A DNA stretch of 64,000 nucleotides from Bdellovibrionales bacterium (GTDB lineage Bacteria; Bdellovibrionota; Bdellovibrionia; Bdellovibrionales; Bdellovibrionaceae), in contig JANMPT010000043.1 in NCBI GenBank assembly GCA_031370005.1, forward strand, positions 32,001 through 96,000, in the 5' to 3' direction. Below, in pieces: positions 1 to 9,296 of the stretch. The position numbers were made by a program, and so were the translations under genes. Each line of letters opens with the position of its first letter. Positions within the stretch are counted from its first letter, which is position 1. The notes beneath the pieces are model-generated. The model searched no databases and had not been told where the DNA came from. It saw nothing but the letters and a program-made list of their open reading frames with translations.

Positions 1-2
1 AT

Positions 3-58
3 AGGTACGGCCTTCTTTTTAGTATTGCGGCGCATCCGAAAAAGGTACGGCGTACCTT
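3..58. repeat. REPIN-like inverted pair of REP-like units
   Basis: 3-28 AGGTACGGCCTTCTTTTTAGTATTGC is identical to 47425-47450. 42-58 AAGGTACG-G-CGTACCTT is a perfect palindrome overlapping the stop codon of the 57-1928 gene. Confidence 0.85.
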
Positions 59-1928
59 AAATATCGTCGCGATGGTTTATGACGAGGGTTAGGAGTCTGG
101 AGTATAGATCTGGGCGCACGATGGGCGCGCTGGTTTTGTGTTTGTGGTAGCGGCTAATTGGAGCCTCTGGAAGGCTAAGGTTGTCATGGATAAAGCTATC
201 TACAATTTTTTGAATTTGATCGTAAGAAAGACCGCGCTTTTTTTCGAGCAAAACGGCCTCTACAATTTCAATTAAAGCATTTCCTGTAATACGTTTTTCA
301 GAGTTCAGGCATTGAGCTCGACGCGAAATTCCCTTTAAAATATTTTCAGGACGCCCTTTGCCTGCGGCCAGGATCACAAGCTCTTTGTAAAGCGCTTGGA
401 ATCTTTGAATAGCGATTTTTTGCTTTTGCGCAGGTTTTTTAAAAGTACCGTCTTCCGATTTTCCGAAAGTGGAAAGACTCGAAGTAAAGAAGCTATCATC
501 AGCCATGCTGTCTTTAAGGCCGTCTTTGGATTGCAAATAAAACTGTGGCAAGGAGCCGAGGATATTGCGCATGCTAAACAAGGCAGGATGATTCACGCCG
601 TCAGCGACCTTGATTTCTATGCCACTTACTTTCGATCTTTCGAAATAACTAAAAACGCGTTCAAATTGTGTGAAAGCTTCGACTTTTGCCTTCAAAATAT
701 TTTCGCGTTGGATCTGATTAAAGCCCATGCGAAAAAGCAAACGATCTGAACGGTACTTCGTAAAGAGCTTATCGAATTTTAAAATCACCGGATGACTAGC
801 GAAAAGGCGGAGTGGCTTTTTCTTATTCGTTTTCAAGTAATCGGCCATTTGTATGAAAACTTGGACGATCAAGCGAGCCTTCTTACGCTGCTCGTTTAAG
901 TTTGTCGAGAATCTCTCGACATCATCATAACGATACTTATCGTGTCGGATTCCGAACTGTCGAACACTGCCGTAGTCAATAATACCAGCGTCAGCCAGAA
1001 CATTGTCACCGTCCCAGTCAAGCCAGGCAAAAACATAGTCAATGTCCAGCTTTGCTGTGAAGTTCGCGAAAGCATCGCAAACAAACTCGGTCATTTCTTC
1101 ATAGGCAGCAGCAGTGCCTAGTTTAGACCGTAAGAGCCATTTCTTATTAGTGACCTGACGTTGGATAAAATAGTCGGTTGCGGCTTTGAGCTCTTTATGG
1201 CGCTCTTGTTTTAAATATAAAAACAGATGTGCTGGGCGGATCAGATTCGGAGCAGCCCTTACGCCAATTCCAAAACCTCGACCGAGATCAATAACGCAGA
1301 GGATACGCTCTGTATGAATGCCTTGAAGATGCATGGTTTCGGCCAAAATTGCGGCGCCAAGGAGTTCGTCGATTTCTGCAAGCCCACAGCCGTAGCCAAA
1401 TCCAGCACCGCCAGTCTTTAAAGGGCGGTTGGCTTCAACGGCCCCCGGAGCCAAGCAAGTAACTCCTGTGCCGCGACTAGAAACATCCCAAGTTGTTCCA
1501 CGGTGTTGAACAGTTCCGTTCCAGATGCCTCGGCCGTCGCCAGAGGTTTTTCCTTGTTTATTGCTATGCTGAAGTTGTAGATAGCGGGTAGCCATAAACT
1601 TGTGAGGTAAAATGTTTTCTCGTGAAATTCTTTTTTTTGTGAGCTCATCGTACTCATTGATTATCTGAATAGAGAAGGTCTCGATGAGTTTTTTTTCTAG
1701 CGCCTCAGTCATTTGGTGATCATGTTGTGAGTCTATAAGACCCATCTCCTTAGCAAGAACAAAATTGAAGTAAGCGACCTTTCCCGTATTCAGTTGGCGT
1801 ACACGGTAAGCAACAAAGCCCTCGGGAACCTGTTCCATCCAGGGATGTTGTCCATCTAACTTGCCAAAAGTCGTATAATAACTTTCCGAGTCTTGAGTTT
1901 TTTTGATAGGAGAGGTCCTTATGCGCAT
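57..1928 (-). CDS. Divergent SelO/YdiU-like pseudokinase-fold protein (putative AMPylase)
   Basis: GDGRG, SSRGTGxT, ETMHLQGIHTER, DGDN and IIDYG align with SelO motifs GDGRA, LKGxGxT, EAMHxLGIPTTR, NTDN and TIDYG. Confidence 0.65.
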   Translation of the reverse strand: MRIRTSPIKKTQDSESYYTTFGKLDGQHPWMEQVPEGFVAYRVRQLNTGKVAYFNFVLAKEMGLIDSQHDHQMTEALEKKLIETFSIQIINEYDELTKKRISRENILPHKFMATRYLQLQHSNKQGKTSGDGRGIWNGTVQHRGTTWDVSSRGTGVTCLAPGAVEANRPLKTGGAGFGYGCGLAEIDELLGAAILAETMHLQGIHTERILCVIDLGRGFGIGVRAAPNLIRPAHLFLYLKQERHKELKAATDYFIQRQVTNKKWLLRSKLGTAAAYEEMTEFVCDAFANFTAKLDIDYVFAWLDWDGDNVLADAGIIDYGSVRQFGIRHDKYRYDDVERFSTNLNEQRKKARLIVQVFIQMADYLKTNKKKPLRLFASHPVILKFDKLFTKYRSDRLLFRMGFNQIQRENILKAKVEAFTQFERVFSYFERSKVSGIEIKVADGVNHPALFSMRNILGSLPQFYLQSKDGLKDSMADDSFFTSSLSTFGKSEDGTFKKPAQKQKIAIQRFQALYKELVILAAGKGRPENILKGISRRAQCLNSEKRITGNALIEIVEAVLLEKKRGLSYDQIQKIVDSFIHDNLSLPEAPISRYHKHKTSAPIVRPDLYSRLLTLVINHRDDI

Positions 1929-1969
1929 CGTTATTCAAGTCCTTTGTGAATATCCTCTAACCACAATCT

Positions 1970-1996
1970 ATATCGGATAAATTCATACGTACTTAA
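1970..1996 (-). promoter_or_regulatory. sigma28 (FliA)-type promoter
   Basis: Minus strand reads TTAAG-N14-TCCGATAT, about 40 nt upstream of the ATG at 1928. Confidence 0.65.
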
Positions 1997-2079
1997 ATGA
2001 GACGCGAATATTCTAGACCAGAGTCTGAGTCTGCACATGATTGTATTTTATGCGCTAAATAAAAAAACTAAAACTTATT

Positions 2080-3279
2080 TTATGCTTCAAGCGGGTTCAT
2101 CCCATCTTTAGTCGCATTTGAAAACTGAACGCAGGCAAAGCCCCCAAGCGGAGTACGCAAATTTGTAACCTGTCCTTGGTAAAGTCGGGCAACGATGAGC
2201 TGCAGGCGTCCCTGATAGGCATAGCAGCGCAGATCGAACTTAAAGCTCTGATCCCCTTCGGGAGTCTTAAAGACCTGCTCCATAGGCGGAATAAACTCCT
2301 GAGCGATAAAATCGCGGCCAACGAGTTCGTCAAAAACTTTACGACTGACCGAGGCGCCTCTGTAAGTCTGTTTCGATCCAAAAGCCCGCTTTGGCTTAAC
2401 GAAGTAGCCTTTGCGATTCGTCCAGATTAAGTCTTTATTGTGATCCTCAAGGCTTGTGCTGATCGGCACAATGGACCGAATAACAGCCTGGTCCTCAGTA
2501 GGAACATCCCATTTTTTGAGATTCTCGTGTTGTGACCAATCAATCATGCGCTGTTTGTCTGCGAGCAGGAAATACTCGAAAGGATTTGGCGAGAAACAGC
2601 ATTGCTTGCTCAAGAAGGACTTTTTAAGTGAGGCACTTTCTGGGTTATTCAGAAAGAAGTCAGTAAAGCGATTGTAGATAAAGTCAGTCGTAGCAGTGTC
2701 GAGTTTTCGATAGTCAAGAATTTTAGAATCCCAACCCCATTGCTTGAAAAGCTCGTGGAAAACTAAAAACTCAACATAAAGACGTTGCTTTTCGGGCTCC
2801 TCATCGATGATTGCCACAGAAAGGGACTTCTTTGCTATTCTTCCCTGTAGTTTTATTTCGGTTTCGATATTTTTTCGGAGCTCCTCGAAAGAGAAATCTT
2901 TAACGGGAAGTGGTAGCTTGCGAGACTTGTACATCTGATAACCCAAAGCCAAGAATGCGGCATTGGTATTAACTTCAATCAGTTTTAGTTGATTTTCCGG
3001 GGTTACGTGAAAGTCGTAGCTCATGCAGATGGATTTATTTCCAGGATCTTTGATTCCTAGCTCATCGAATTCAATTTTGTAGGACTCTTGATATTTTTTA
3101 TTTTCTCGAAGCTTAAAAAGAGTTTCGACGCTTTGTTGTGCTTGTTTTAATACGGATGCTGGCAGTTGAATTGTAAATGGAGAAATCAGATTTTCAGACA
3201 CTAAAATATCAAGTGCTGGAGCTTGCAAGCCAGAGAAGTCTTTTTGAAGCTGCTGAATGAAACCAGCTCTAACGTGCAT
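2080..3279 (-). CDS. Circularly permuted ATP-grasp family ligase
   Basis: YDFH...LIEVNTNA, FVKP..FGSK, AQEFIPP, KFDLR and ARLY...TN motifs. Confidence 0.6.
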   Translation of the reverse strand: MHVRAGFIQQLQKDFSGLQAPALDILVSENLISPFTIQLPASVLKQAQQSVETLFKLRENKKYQESYKIEFDELGIKDPGNKSICMSYDFHVTPENQLKLIEVNTNAAFLALGYQMYKSRKLPLPVKDFSFEELRKNIETEIKLQGRIAKKSLSVAIIDEEPEKQRLYVEFLVFHELFKQWGWDSKILDYRKLDTATTDFIYNRFTDFFLNNPESASLKKSFLSKQCCFSPNPFEYFLLADKQRMIDWSQHENLKKWDVPTEDQAVIRSIVPISTSLEDHNKDLIWTNRKGYFVKPKRAFGSKQTYRGASVSRKVFDELVGRDFIAQEFIPPMEQVFKTPEGDQSFKFDLRCYAYQGRLQLIVARLYQGQVTNLRTPLGGFACVQFSNATKDGMNPLEA

Positions 3280-3438
3280 TATTGATCAACCGAATTTTTT
3301 GCCTAGAATCAATCACAGACATTGTGGGGTCTCCTTGCCTGCAGCAAATAATTAATGCTCAATGTTAACGCTTGTTCTTAGCGCTTGAGACTCTATTGTT
3401 GCAACAGCTTTTTTACAGCTATGAGGCCGGGGGTCAAT

Positions 3439-4206
3439 ATGAAAATCATCTCTTGGAATTTGAATGGAATACGCGCTTGCCATAAAAAGGGTCTTATTAG
3501 TTTTGTGAATCAAGAGAGGCCAGATATTTTCTGTGTCCAGGAGACCAAAGCTCACATTGACCAAGTCGAAGATGAGGCTAAGCATTTAGGGTATAAGCAT
3601 TTTTATTGGTCCTCGGCAGTTCGTAAAGGTTACTCCGGTGTGGCGACCTTCACAAATGATGAGCCATTGAGCAGCAGCATGGGCTGGGGGCAAGTTGAGT
3701 ACTCGTCGGAAGGAAGAATTGTGATCACTGATCACGGGCCTTTTGTTCTCTATAATATATATTTTCCAAACGGTGGCTCTGGCGAAGAACGACACAATTT
3801 TAAGCAAAAGTTTTTGAAAGATTTAAATCTCCAGCTCAAGGAAAAACTGAAGTCTGGGCGTGAGGTTATTGTCGTAGGCGATTATAACGTAGCTCATGGT
3901 GAAGTGGATGTTTTTGATCCGAAAAGGCTGTCCAAGGAGAGTGGATTTTTACCAGAGGAGCGTGCATGGTTCGATGCATTCCTAGACTTGGGCTTCGTGG
4001 ATACTTTTCGCAAATTTCATCCGCAGGAGACGCAACGTTATTCATGGTGGTCTTACCGCGAGCTGGCACGCGTTTCAAACCGGGGGTGGAGAATCGATTA
4101 TGTTTGCGTATCTAAAGGGCTTGAAAAGAATTTAGTGTCCGCAGACATTTTAGATACAATTGTGGGCTCGGACCACTGTCCGGTTGTAGCGGTTTTGAAA
4201 CTCTAG
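3439..4206 (+). CDS. xth: Exodeoxyribonuclease III / AP endonuclease
   Basis: SWNLNG, CVQETK, GYSGVA, YFPNG, GDYN, GWRIDY and SDHCP motifs. Start set at MKIISWN. Confidence 0.95.
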   Translation: MKIISWNLNGIRACHKKGLISFVNQERPDIFCVQETKAHIDQVEDEAKHLGYKHFYWSSAVRKGYSGVATFTNDEPLSSSMGWGQVEYSSEGRIVITDHGPFVLYNIYFPNGGSGEERHNFKQKFLKDLNLQLKEKLKSGREVIVVGDYNVAHGEVDVFDPKRLSKESGFLPEERAWFDAFLDLGFVDTFRKFHPQETQRYSWWSYRELARVSNRGWRIDYVCVSKGLEKNLVSADILDTIVGSDHCPVVAVLKL

Positions 4207-4219
4207 CAAAGAGGCAGAC

Positions 4220-4717
4220 ATGTTTTTCATACCCTTCCCCATTGTGCTTATCGAGGTTTTGATTTTTTCAAGCTTTGTATATTTTTATGATTTTTGGACT
4301 GTACTCGGTTACTATTTATTGCCAAGCCCGTTGGGAATAGTGTTGTTTTCGATGATGGGTAAAAGCATAGTGATGTCACTGCAAGGGGCATTTAACCAAG
4401 GGCAGATTCCTGGAGATAAAATACTTCATCGCGGGGCAATTTTAGTTGGAAGCGTCTTATTGATCATTCCAATGTTTTTAAGCCGCGTGTTGGCGTTACT
4501 TTTGATCCTGCCAATCTTTAGGCATATTTCAATTTTCATCTTTAAAACATTTATTTTCAAACGTTTGGCGAGCTCGAGATTTTCTTTTGTCCGATTCAAT
4601 GGTGGCTCCGGGGGCTCAAGGGGTGAGCGCGATGCAGAGGTGGTAGATATCACCCCAATTGAAATTACTCATAATAAAATTGAAACAGAGGCGCCAAAGA
4701 AAAAAGACGAAGTTTAA
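4220..4717 (+). CDS. fxsA: FxsA family membrane protein
   Basis: Hydrophobic N-terminus with IE, a GxxP..GAILxGxxLLIIP pattern and a charged tail. Confidence 0.6.
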   Translation: MFFIPFPIVLIEVLIFSSFVYFYDFWTVLGYYLLPSPLGIVLFSMMGKSIVMSLQGAFNQGQIPGDKILHRGAILVGSVLLIIPMFLSRVLALLLILPIFRHISIFIFKTFIFKRLASSRFSFVRFNGGSGGSRGERDAEVVDITPIEITHNKIETEAPKKKDEV

Positions 4718-4732
4718 AGAGGTTAAAGCTAG

Positions 4733-6022
4733 TTACTTGTTAGAAGATGAAACCATGCGGTCTTGAATGATGGGCTTGAAGAACTTTTTAAACATATTTT
4801 GACCGAGCTCTGCGGATTTCACAGTCCACTTTTCTTTGTTCACAGAAACGGCTGCAATAGCGATTTTATTGGTCTCATCCATGGCATAACCCACAAACCA
4901 ATCCACGCGACCGCGAGGATTTTCCGCAGTTAAGTGGCCTGTTTTGCCACCCATTTCTATAGTTTTAAACTTTTTATTGCGTATAAGGTTTCTAAAAGAC
5001 CTGCGGGAAGTCCCAGTTGCCACGGTCTCACCCATTAATTCGCGCACTTTATTTGCAGATTCTGCCGTCATAATATGCCCGTTATCTAAGGGCTCAGCCC
5101 GATAGATGTTGTGGCCAGTTTCGTCAGTGATGTTTTGAACGAGGTAGGGAATAGCCATTTTACCATTATTGGCGACGGCCGCAGCGATCATGGCACCTTG
5201 TACAGGGCTCATGCGGTTGGTTTTATTATAGCCCGAGGCAACCTCTGTGAGGGCAAAGCCTCGCTCTGGTGGCACATAGGCAACGCCCATTTCAACCGGA
5301 AAGTCAGAAGGGATTTCTTGGTTAAACATAAAGCGAGTCGCATAATCATTGATGTCAGCGGGGTGAAGAGTTTCAAGACTCAAGCGACCAAAGGCTGTGT
5401 TGATGGATCTCGCAAAGGCCTCTTTTAGAGTGATCACGCGCGTCCACTTGTTTACTTTGTCTGACATGACATTTTTACGGTAGAGAGTGTAATTGCCGCC
5501 ATTGAAGTTGATTTTGTGTTGTGGAGAAACTCCAGCTTTATCCATCGCAGCCGTTGCTGTTACAACCTTAAAGACAGAGGCCGCAGGAAAGTTTGATTTC
5601 AAGTTCCAGTTGCTTGCAAGGGGATTATCTTTTTGGAAGCTTGTCATCGCAAGCACTCTGCCGGTGACAGCATCCATCATAAAAATAGCAGCGTAGTCGG
5701 GCTTATAGGTTCTCAAGAGTTTTTCGGCCTCTTTCTGTAGCTCTTTATCAATTCCAACATGGATTTGAGCTTTTATCGGCTTTCCGTTCCACTGCATGTC
5801 TACTTTTTCAGGAAATTTATTGTTTCGAACAATTTCACTGATAGCTTTAGAGATACTGATACGATGTTCGAGTTCGTTTCTAAGTTTTTCTTCGCGCACA
5901 ACCTCTTCAGTTGGAGCCGGCTTGAAAAAGAGCAGTGCTGATACAGATAGAGCAAGTGCAATGGAAACTAATAGCAATTTTAGCAACTTAGGCCGTATGT
6001 CTGGTTGATTTTTTACGCTCAT
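4733..6022 (-). CDS. Penicillin-binding transpeptidase-domain protein
   Basis: N-terminal TM helix plus SxxK (SVFK), SxN (SIN) and KTG motifs. Confidence 0.85.
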   Translation of the reverse strand: MSVKNQPDIRPKLLKLLLVSIALALSVSALLFFKPAPTEEVVREEKLRNELEHRISISKAISEIVRNNKFPEKVDMQWNGKPIKAQIHVGIDKELQKEAEKLLRTYKPDYAAIFMMDAVTGRVLAMTSFQKDNPLASNWNLKSNFPAASVFKVVTATAAMDKAGVSPQHKINFNGGNYTLYRKNVMSDKVNKWTRVITLKEAFARSINTAFGRLSLETLHPADINDYATRFMFNQEIPSDFPVEMGVAYVPPERGFALTEVASGYNKTNRMSPVQGAMIAAAVANNGKMAIPYLVQNITDETGHNIYRAEPLDNGHIMTAESANKVRELMGETVATGTSRRSFRNLIRNKKFKTIEMGGKTGHLTAENPRGRVDWFVGYAMDETNKIAIAAVSVNKEKWTVKSAELGQNMFKKFFKPIIQDRMVSSSNK

Positions 6023-6164
6023 CTGATTAGTCTAACACTAAGATTCTCGTGCAAACAAGGCCTGGAGTCATTTCTGTTAAGTAATGAGATAGGACTATGG
6101 TCTGGTAGGTGCGGGTTTGAAAGCTAGTGACACGTCTTTAAAAAAATAATATTCAGAAGGACCA

Positions 6165-6773
6165 ATGAAAACTAAAGAGCGAATTCTTCTGACCTCCGTG
6201 GATCTATTTAACAGTAGCGGTGTCGTGGCAATCACCACCAATCACATTGCCAAGGCGATGGAAATTAGCCCCGGTAACTTGTACTTTCACTACGACAATA
6301 AAGAAGAAATTATTGTCGAGCTCTTTAAGAGAATGTGCAAAGAGACCTATCGATTGTGGCGGTTTCGCAAGGGCAACAGTCAAAACCCATTAGTGTTCAT
6401 TGATGAGAATTTCGAGCTCTATTGGAAATATCGTTTTTTCCATCGCGAGATATACTCGCTTCGCCGCAAAGACCCAGACCTTGCAAAAATGTGGCGTCTG
6501 CACCTTCAGAAAATGATGAAGCTTTTGGATGTTATTTATCGCCGGTGGGTGCGCGAAGCTAAAATGGCAGAGATTAAGGCGGCAAGCGAGATGGAGTATA
6601 TCTCTGAGTCTTTGTTGGCGATGTCGACTACTTTTTTACAGTTTTTCGAAAGTGCTGAGAAAACCCCGGGCAAGCGTAGTATTGAGCGTGGAAAGCGCCA
6701 TGTGGCTCGTTTGCTACTGCCATATACCGCTGGCGAATCTAAAGACGAGTTTGAAAAATTTCTCAAAATTTAG
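6165..6773 (+). CDS. TetR/AcrR family transcriptional regulator
   Basis: TTNHIAKAMEISPGNLYFHY HTH motif. Confidence 0.9.
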   Translation: MKTKERILLTSVDLFNSSGVVAITTNHIAKAMEISPGNLYFHYDNKEEIIVELFKRMCKETYRLWRFRKGNSQNPLVFIDENFELYWKYRFFHREIYSLRRKDPDLAKMWRLHLQKMMKLLDVIYRRWVREAKMAEIKAASEMEYISESLLAMSTTFLQFFESAEKTPGKRSIERGKRHVARLLLPYTAGESKDEFEKFLKI

Positions 6774-6836
6774 GGAAAGCGCCTTCCTGCGCCCTTAGTA
6801 CAATCGAGTTGGGCTTGTTTTTACCCCCATCAGAAG

Positions 6837-6852
6837 TGGCAAACGACTTGCT
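6837..6852 (+). promoter_or_regulatory. sigma54 -24/-12 promoter
   Basis: TGGCAAACGACTTGCT, exact GG-N10-GC spacing, upstream of 6897. Confidence 0.7.
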
Positions 6853-6896
6853 TTAGTTGTACTGCGTGTGGCGGGGGCGACAAGGGAGTTTCCATA

Positions 6897-7271
6897 ATGA
6901 CTAAGCTTTTGAGACAGCTCATTTTCACTATTTTTCTAGCGATTATAACATCTTCAGCAATGGCCTCGGGTAATTGTGCGAGTGTGGCGAACGACTTAAG
7001 AGCTATGCAGAGAGCCAATCAAAATATTTCATCAAGTCTGATCGGCAATCACGAGAGTTTTGCCACGATCTTAGAGGGGTATTCGGATACCTTGAGTACC
7101 AGTGCGAGTCTGGGCCGGCCGGTAACTAAAGAAGCCGTGTTGAATATGAATGAAGGCGCTAGGGCCTTTCGGGTTCGTGGTCAGAATGCTATGAAACTTA
7201 ATTTTAAATTGAATCAGGCTTCAGATCAGGTAATTGCAAAGGCCATTGAGTGTTTAAAGTTGCGGAAGTGA
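6897..7271 (+). CDS. Small secreted helical hypothetical protein
   Basis: Signal peptide (..SSAMA/S), GGAG RBS, and one Cys near each end of the mature chain. Confidence 0.7.
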   Translation: MTKLLRQLIFTIFLAIITSSAMASGNCASVANDLRAMQRANQNISSSLIGNHESFATILEGYSDTLSTSASLGRPVTKEAVLNMNEGARAFRVRGQNAMKLNFKLNQASDQVIAKAIECLKLRK

Positions 7272-7619
7272 CTTCGACTAGATCAATCCAAGAGCGCCTC
7301 TTTTTGGTTAATTTTTCGTTATAATTTCTCAAAATGGAGCAAAATTAAGCTTTTTGTCCAGATTTGTAATGCGCCGCATGTTTATGGTGAAATTGCCTTA
7401 AAATTCAAATAAAATTTAATAAATCCAAGTCGAATTTAAGAGTGAAAAAGCGTTTAGAGAGGCCCAACTTCAGGGTCAGAAACCGAAGCTCCAGAAGCGG
7501 CTATTTATTTAATTTTAAGTTAATTTAAGATTTTCTCTTGCAAAAAATTCATGGCCAGTGATTAATAGGTCAGTTCCAAATTGGCACTTCGACGTTGAGA
7601 AAATAATCGAGGGGGTAGA

Positions 7620-7997
7620 ATGGCGCAACAATCACAAGTAGCAGAAAAACTAGTGAGTGAGTGCAGGCAGAAATTGATTCAAGCGAAAATGGATATTCTT
7701 AACCGTGTTAAGGAATCTCGGCTGAACTTGGATAACGATGATAAGGGCGGGGACGAAGCCGACCAAACCGTTCGTGTGCTTGCAGAGGCAGAGTTTCTGA
7801 ATATGCATGAAAGACTTCGCGGGCAGCTCTTTGAAATCGAAAGTGCTCTTGGTCGCATTGAAAATGGCAGCTTCGGCCTTTGTGAGGAGACTGAAGAGCT
7901 TATTGAGCCAGAAAGACTTCGCGCAATTCCATGGACCCGCCTGAGTATCGAGGGCGCAGAAATCCGCGAATCCGTGAACAAACGTTACGCGAGATAA
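7620..7997 (+). CDS. dksA: DksA/TraR family protein, single-Cys variant
   Basis: GDEADQ coiled-coil tip, ALGRIENGSFGLCEET and ERLRAIPWT. Confidence 0.85.
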   Translation: MAQQSQVAEKLVSECRQKLIQAKMDILNRVKESRLNLDNDDKGGDEADQTVRVLAEAEFLNMHERLRGQLFEIESALGRIENGSFGLCEETEELIEPERLRAIPWTRLSIEGAEIRESVNKRYAR

Positions 7998-8020
7998 GGT
8001 ACCAGGTCGCTTTTCCGGAT
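7995..8020 (+). repeat. Degenerate REP-like unit starting at the dksA stop codon
   Basis: TAAGGTACCAGGTCGCTTTTCCGGAT matches the reverse complement of 34-59 (TAAGGTACGCCGTACCTTTTTCGGAT) at 20 of 26 positions. Confidence 0.5.
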
Positions 8021-8041
8021 CAGATCAAATATAAAAAGCAC

Positions 8042-8068
8042 AAAAGCCGTATTAAAAATGCGGCTTTT
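8042..8068. terminator. Bidirectional intrinsic terminator between dksA and speB
   Basis: AAAAGCCGTATT..AATGCGGCTTTT hairpin with A and T tracts between convergent genes. Confidence 0.75.
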
Positions 8069-8070
8069 CT

Positions 8071-9111
8071 TTAAGTGGGATTAGACTTCACAAGCCAGCC
8101 ACAGAGTTTGTAGAGAACGCGGGCACCAACATTGCCGTCCCACGCAGCTTCTTTTTGACCGCCAGTAGAAACTTCATTCAAGTCAAAAGCTATAATCTGA
8201 CGCCCGCTTCTATGGAGCTCATTAAAGAGAAAGAAAACCTGGTCAATACTCAAGCCCCCTGGAACCGGAGTCCCCGTGCTTGGACAGAACGCAGGATCAA
8301 GTCCATCAATATCAAAAGAGATATAAACTTTTTGCGGAAGCTCCTTTAAAATGTCTTGGCACACCTGAGCCCAGCTCTCGCCGCCGAGTAAGCGACGCTT
8401 CAATTCAATATCGAAAAAAGTACGAATGTCTTTGCGGCTCTGAATGAGGTCGAACTCCTCTTCGCAGAAATCGCGAATGCCCACCTGGACAAGCTTTTGG
8501 GGCCGCTTGTCGCCCGTCATCACATTATACATAATAGACGCGTGGGACTGGGAGAAGCCCTGATAAGCATTGCGGAGATCCGCATGGGCATCGATGTGTA
8601 GAATTCCAAACTCACAGCTATGCTCCTCGGCCACCGCTTGTATTGCACCCAAAGGAGTGGAGTGATCCCCCCCAACAAGACCAAGAAGTTTTTTGTTTTT
8701 CAAAACAGATTTGCATTGGTCGAAAACCCAGAGGCGCATTTTTTCGCAAGCGTCATTGACCTCATTTGCAAGTTGATTCATGAGCGCATAGTCTTCACTC
8801 TGCCGGGTGCGCAAATGAATTAACTCCTGGGCCTTTTTTTTATAGATGTCATTCATGCTTTTGAGCTCCGCTGGGAATTCGCGCATGAAAAATCCAGCCT
8901 CGTAAGCCTTGCCTGTTTCAAAATCGAAGAGATCAATTTGCTCGCTGGCCTCGCGGATGATGCGTGGCCCATCAGAGGCGCCACTGCCATAAGAGGTTGT
9001 CACCTCCCAAGGCACGGGGATTAGGGTAACGCGGGAGTCCTCTTCGCTCAGAGGAATTCCAAAGATACCAAACTCAGAGGAGATGGTAGTTGTTGGATCA
9101 AATTTACTCAT
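8071..9111 (-). CDS. speB: Agmatinase (ureohydrolase family)
   Basis: GGDHS, HIDAHAD, QVGIR, SFDIDGLDP and TGTPVPGG motifs. AAGGAG RBS before 9111. speA is nearby. Confidence 0.85.
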   Translation of the reverse strand: MSKFDPTTTISSEFGIFGIPLSEEDSRVTLIPVPWEVTTSYGSGASDGPRIIREASEQIDLFDFETGKAYEAGFFMREFPAELKSMNDIYKKKAQELIHLRTRQSEDYALMNQLANEVNDACEKMRLWVFDQCKSVLKNKKLLGLVGGDHSTPLGAIQAVAEEHSCEFGILHIDAHADLRNAYQGFSQSHASIMYNVMTGDKRPQKLVQVGIRDFCEEEFDLIQSRKDIRTFFDIELKRRLLGGESWAQVCQDILKELPQKVYISFDIDGLDPAFCPSTGTPVPGGLSIDQVFFLFNELHRSGRQIIAFDLNEVSTGGQKEAAWDGNVGARVLYKLCGWLVKSNPT

Positions 9112-9296
9112 GAAATTCTCCTTCAGTGAGAGTGCCAGCTTTATGGTCTGAATTTTAGCAAAAGGAAAACAGTTTGGCCCCATGCCATCGCGGCGCATTA
9201 ATTGAGCAATGGCTTGATTATTTTAGCGCTTTCACTGATTTTAGGTCCACTTTAGGGTCTGTGTTGGTTCATGGTATTACTTTGGAGGAATTAAAT

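Noticed and set aside
57..120. Selenocysteine recoding in the SelO-like gene
   Set aside because: The gene ends in TAA with no C-terminal CxxU/CSS-type motif. The downstream hairpin is the REP-like unit.
9112..9296. Apparent head-to-head overlap of the speB and oppA ORFs
   Set aside because: This is an artefact of longest-ORF starts. RBS-supported starts are 9111 and 9297.
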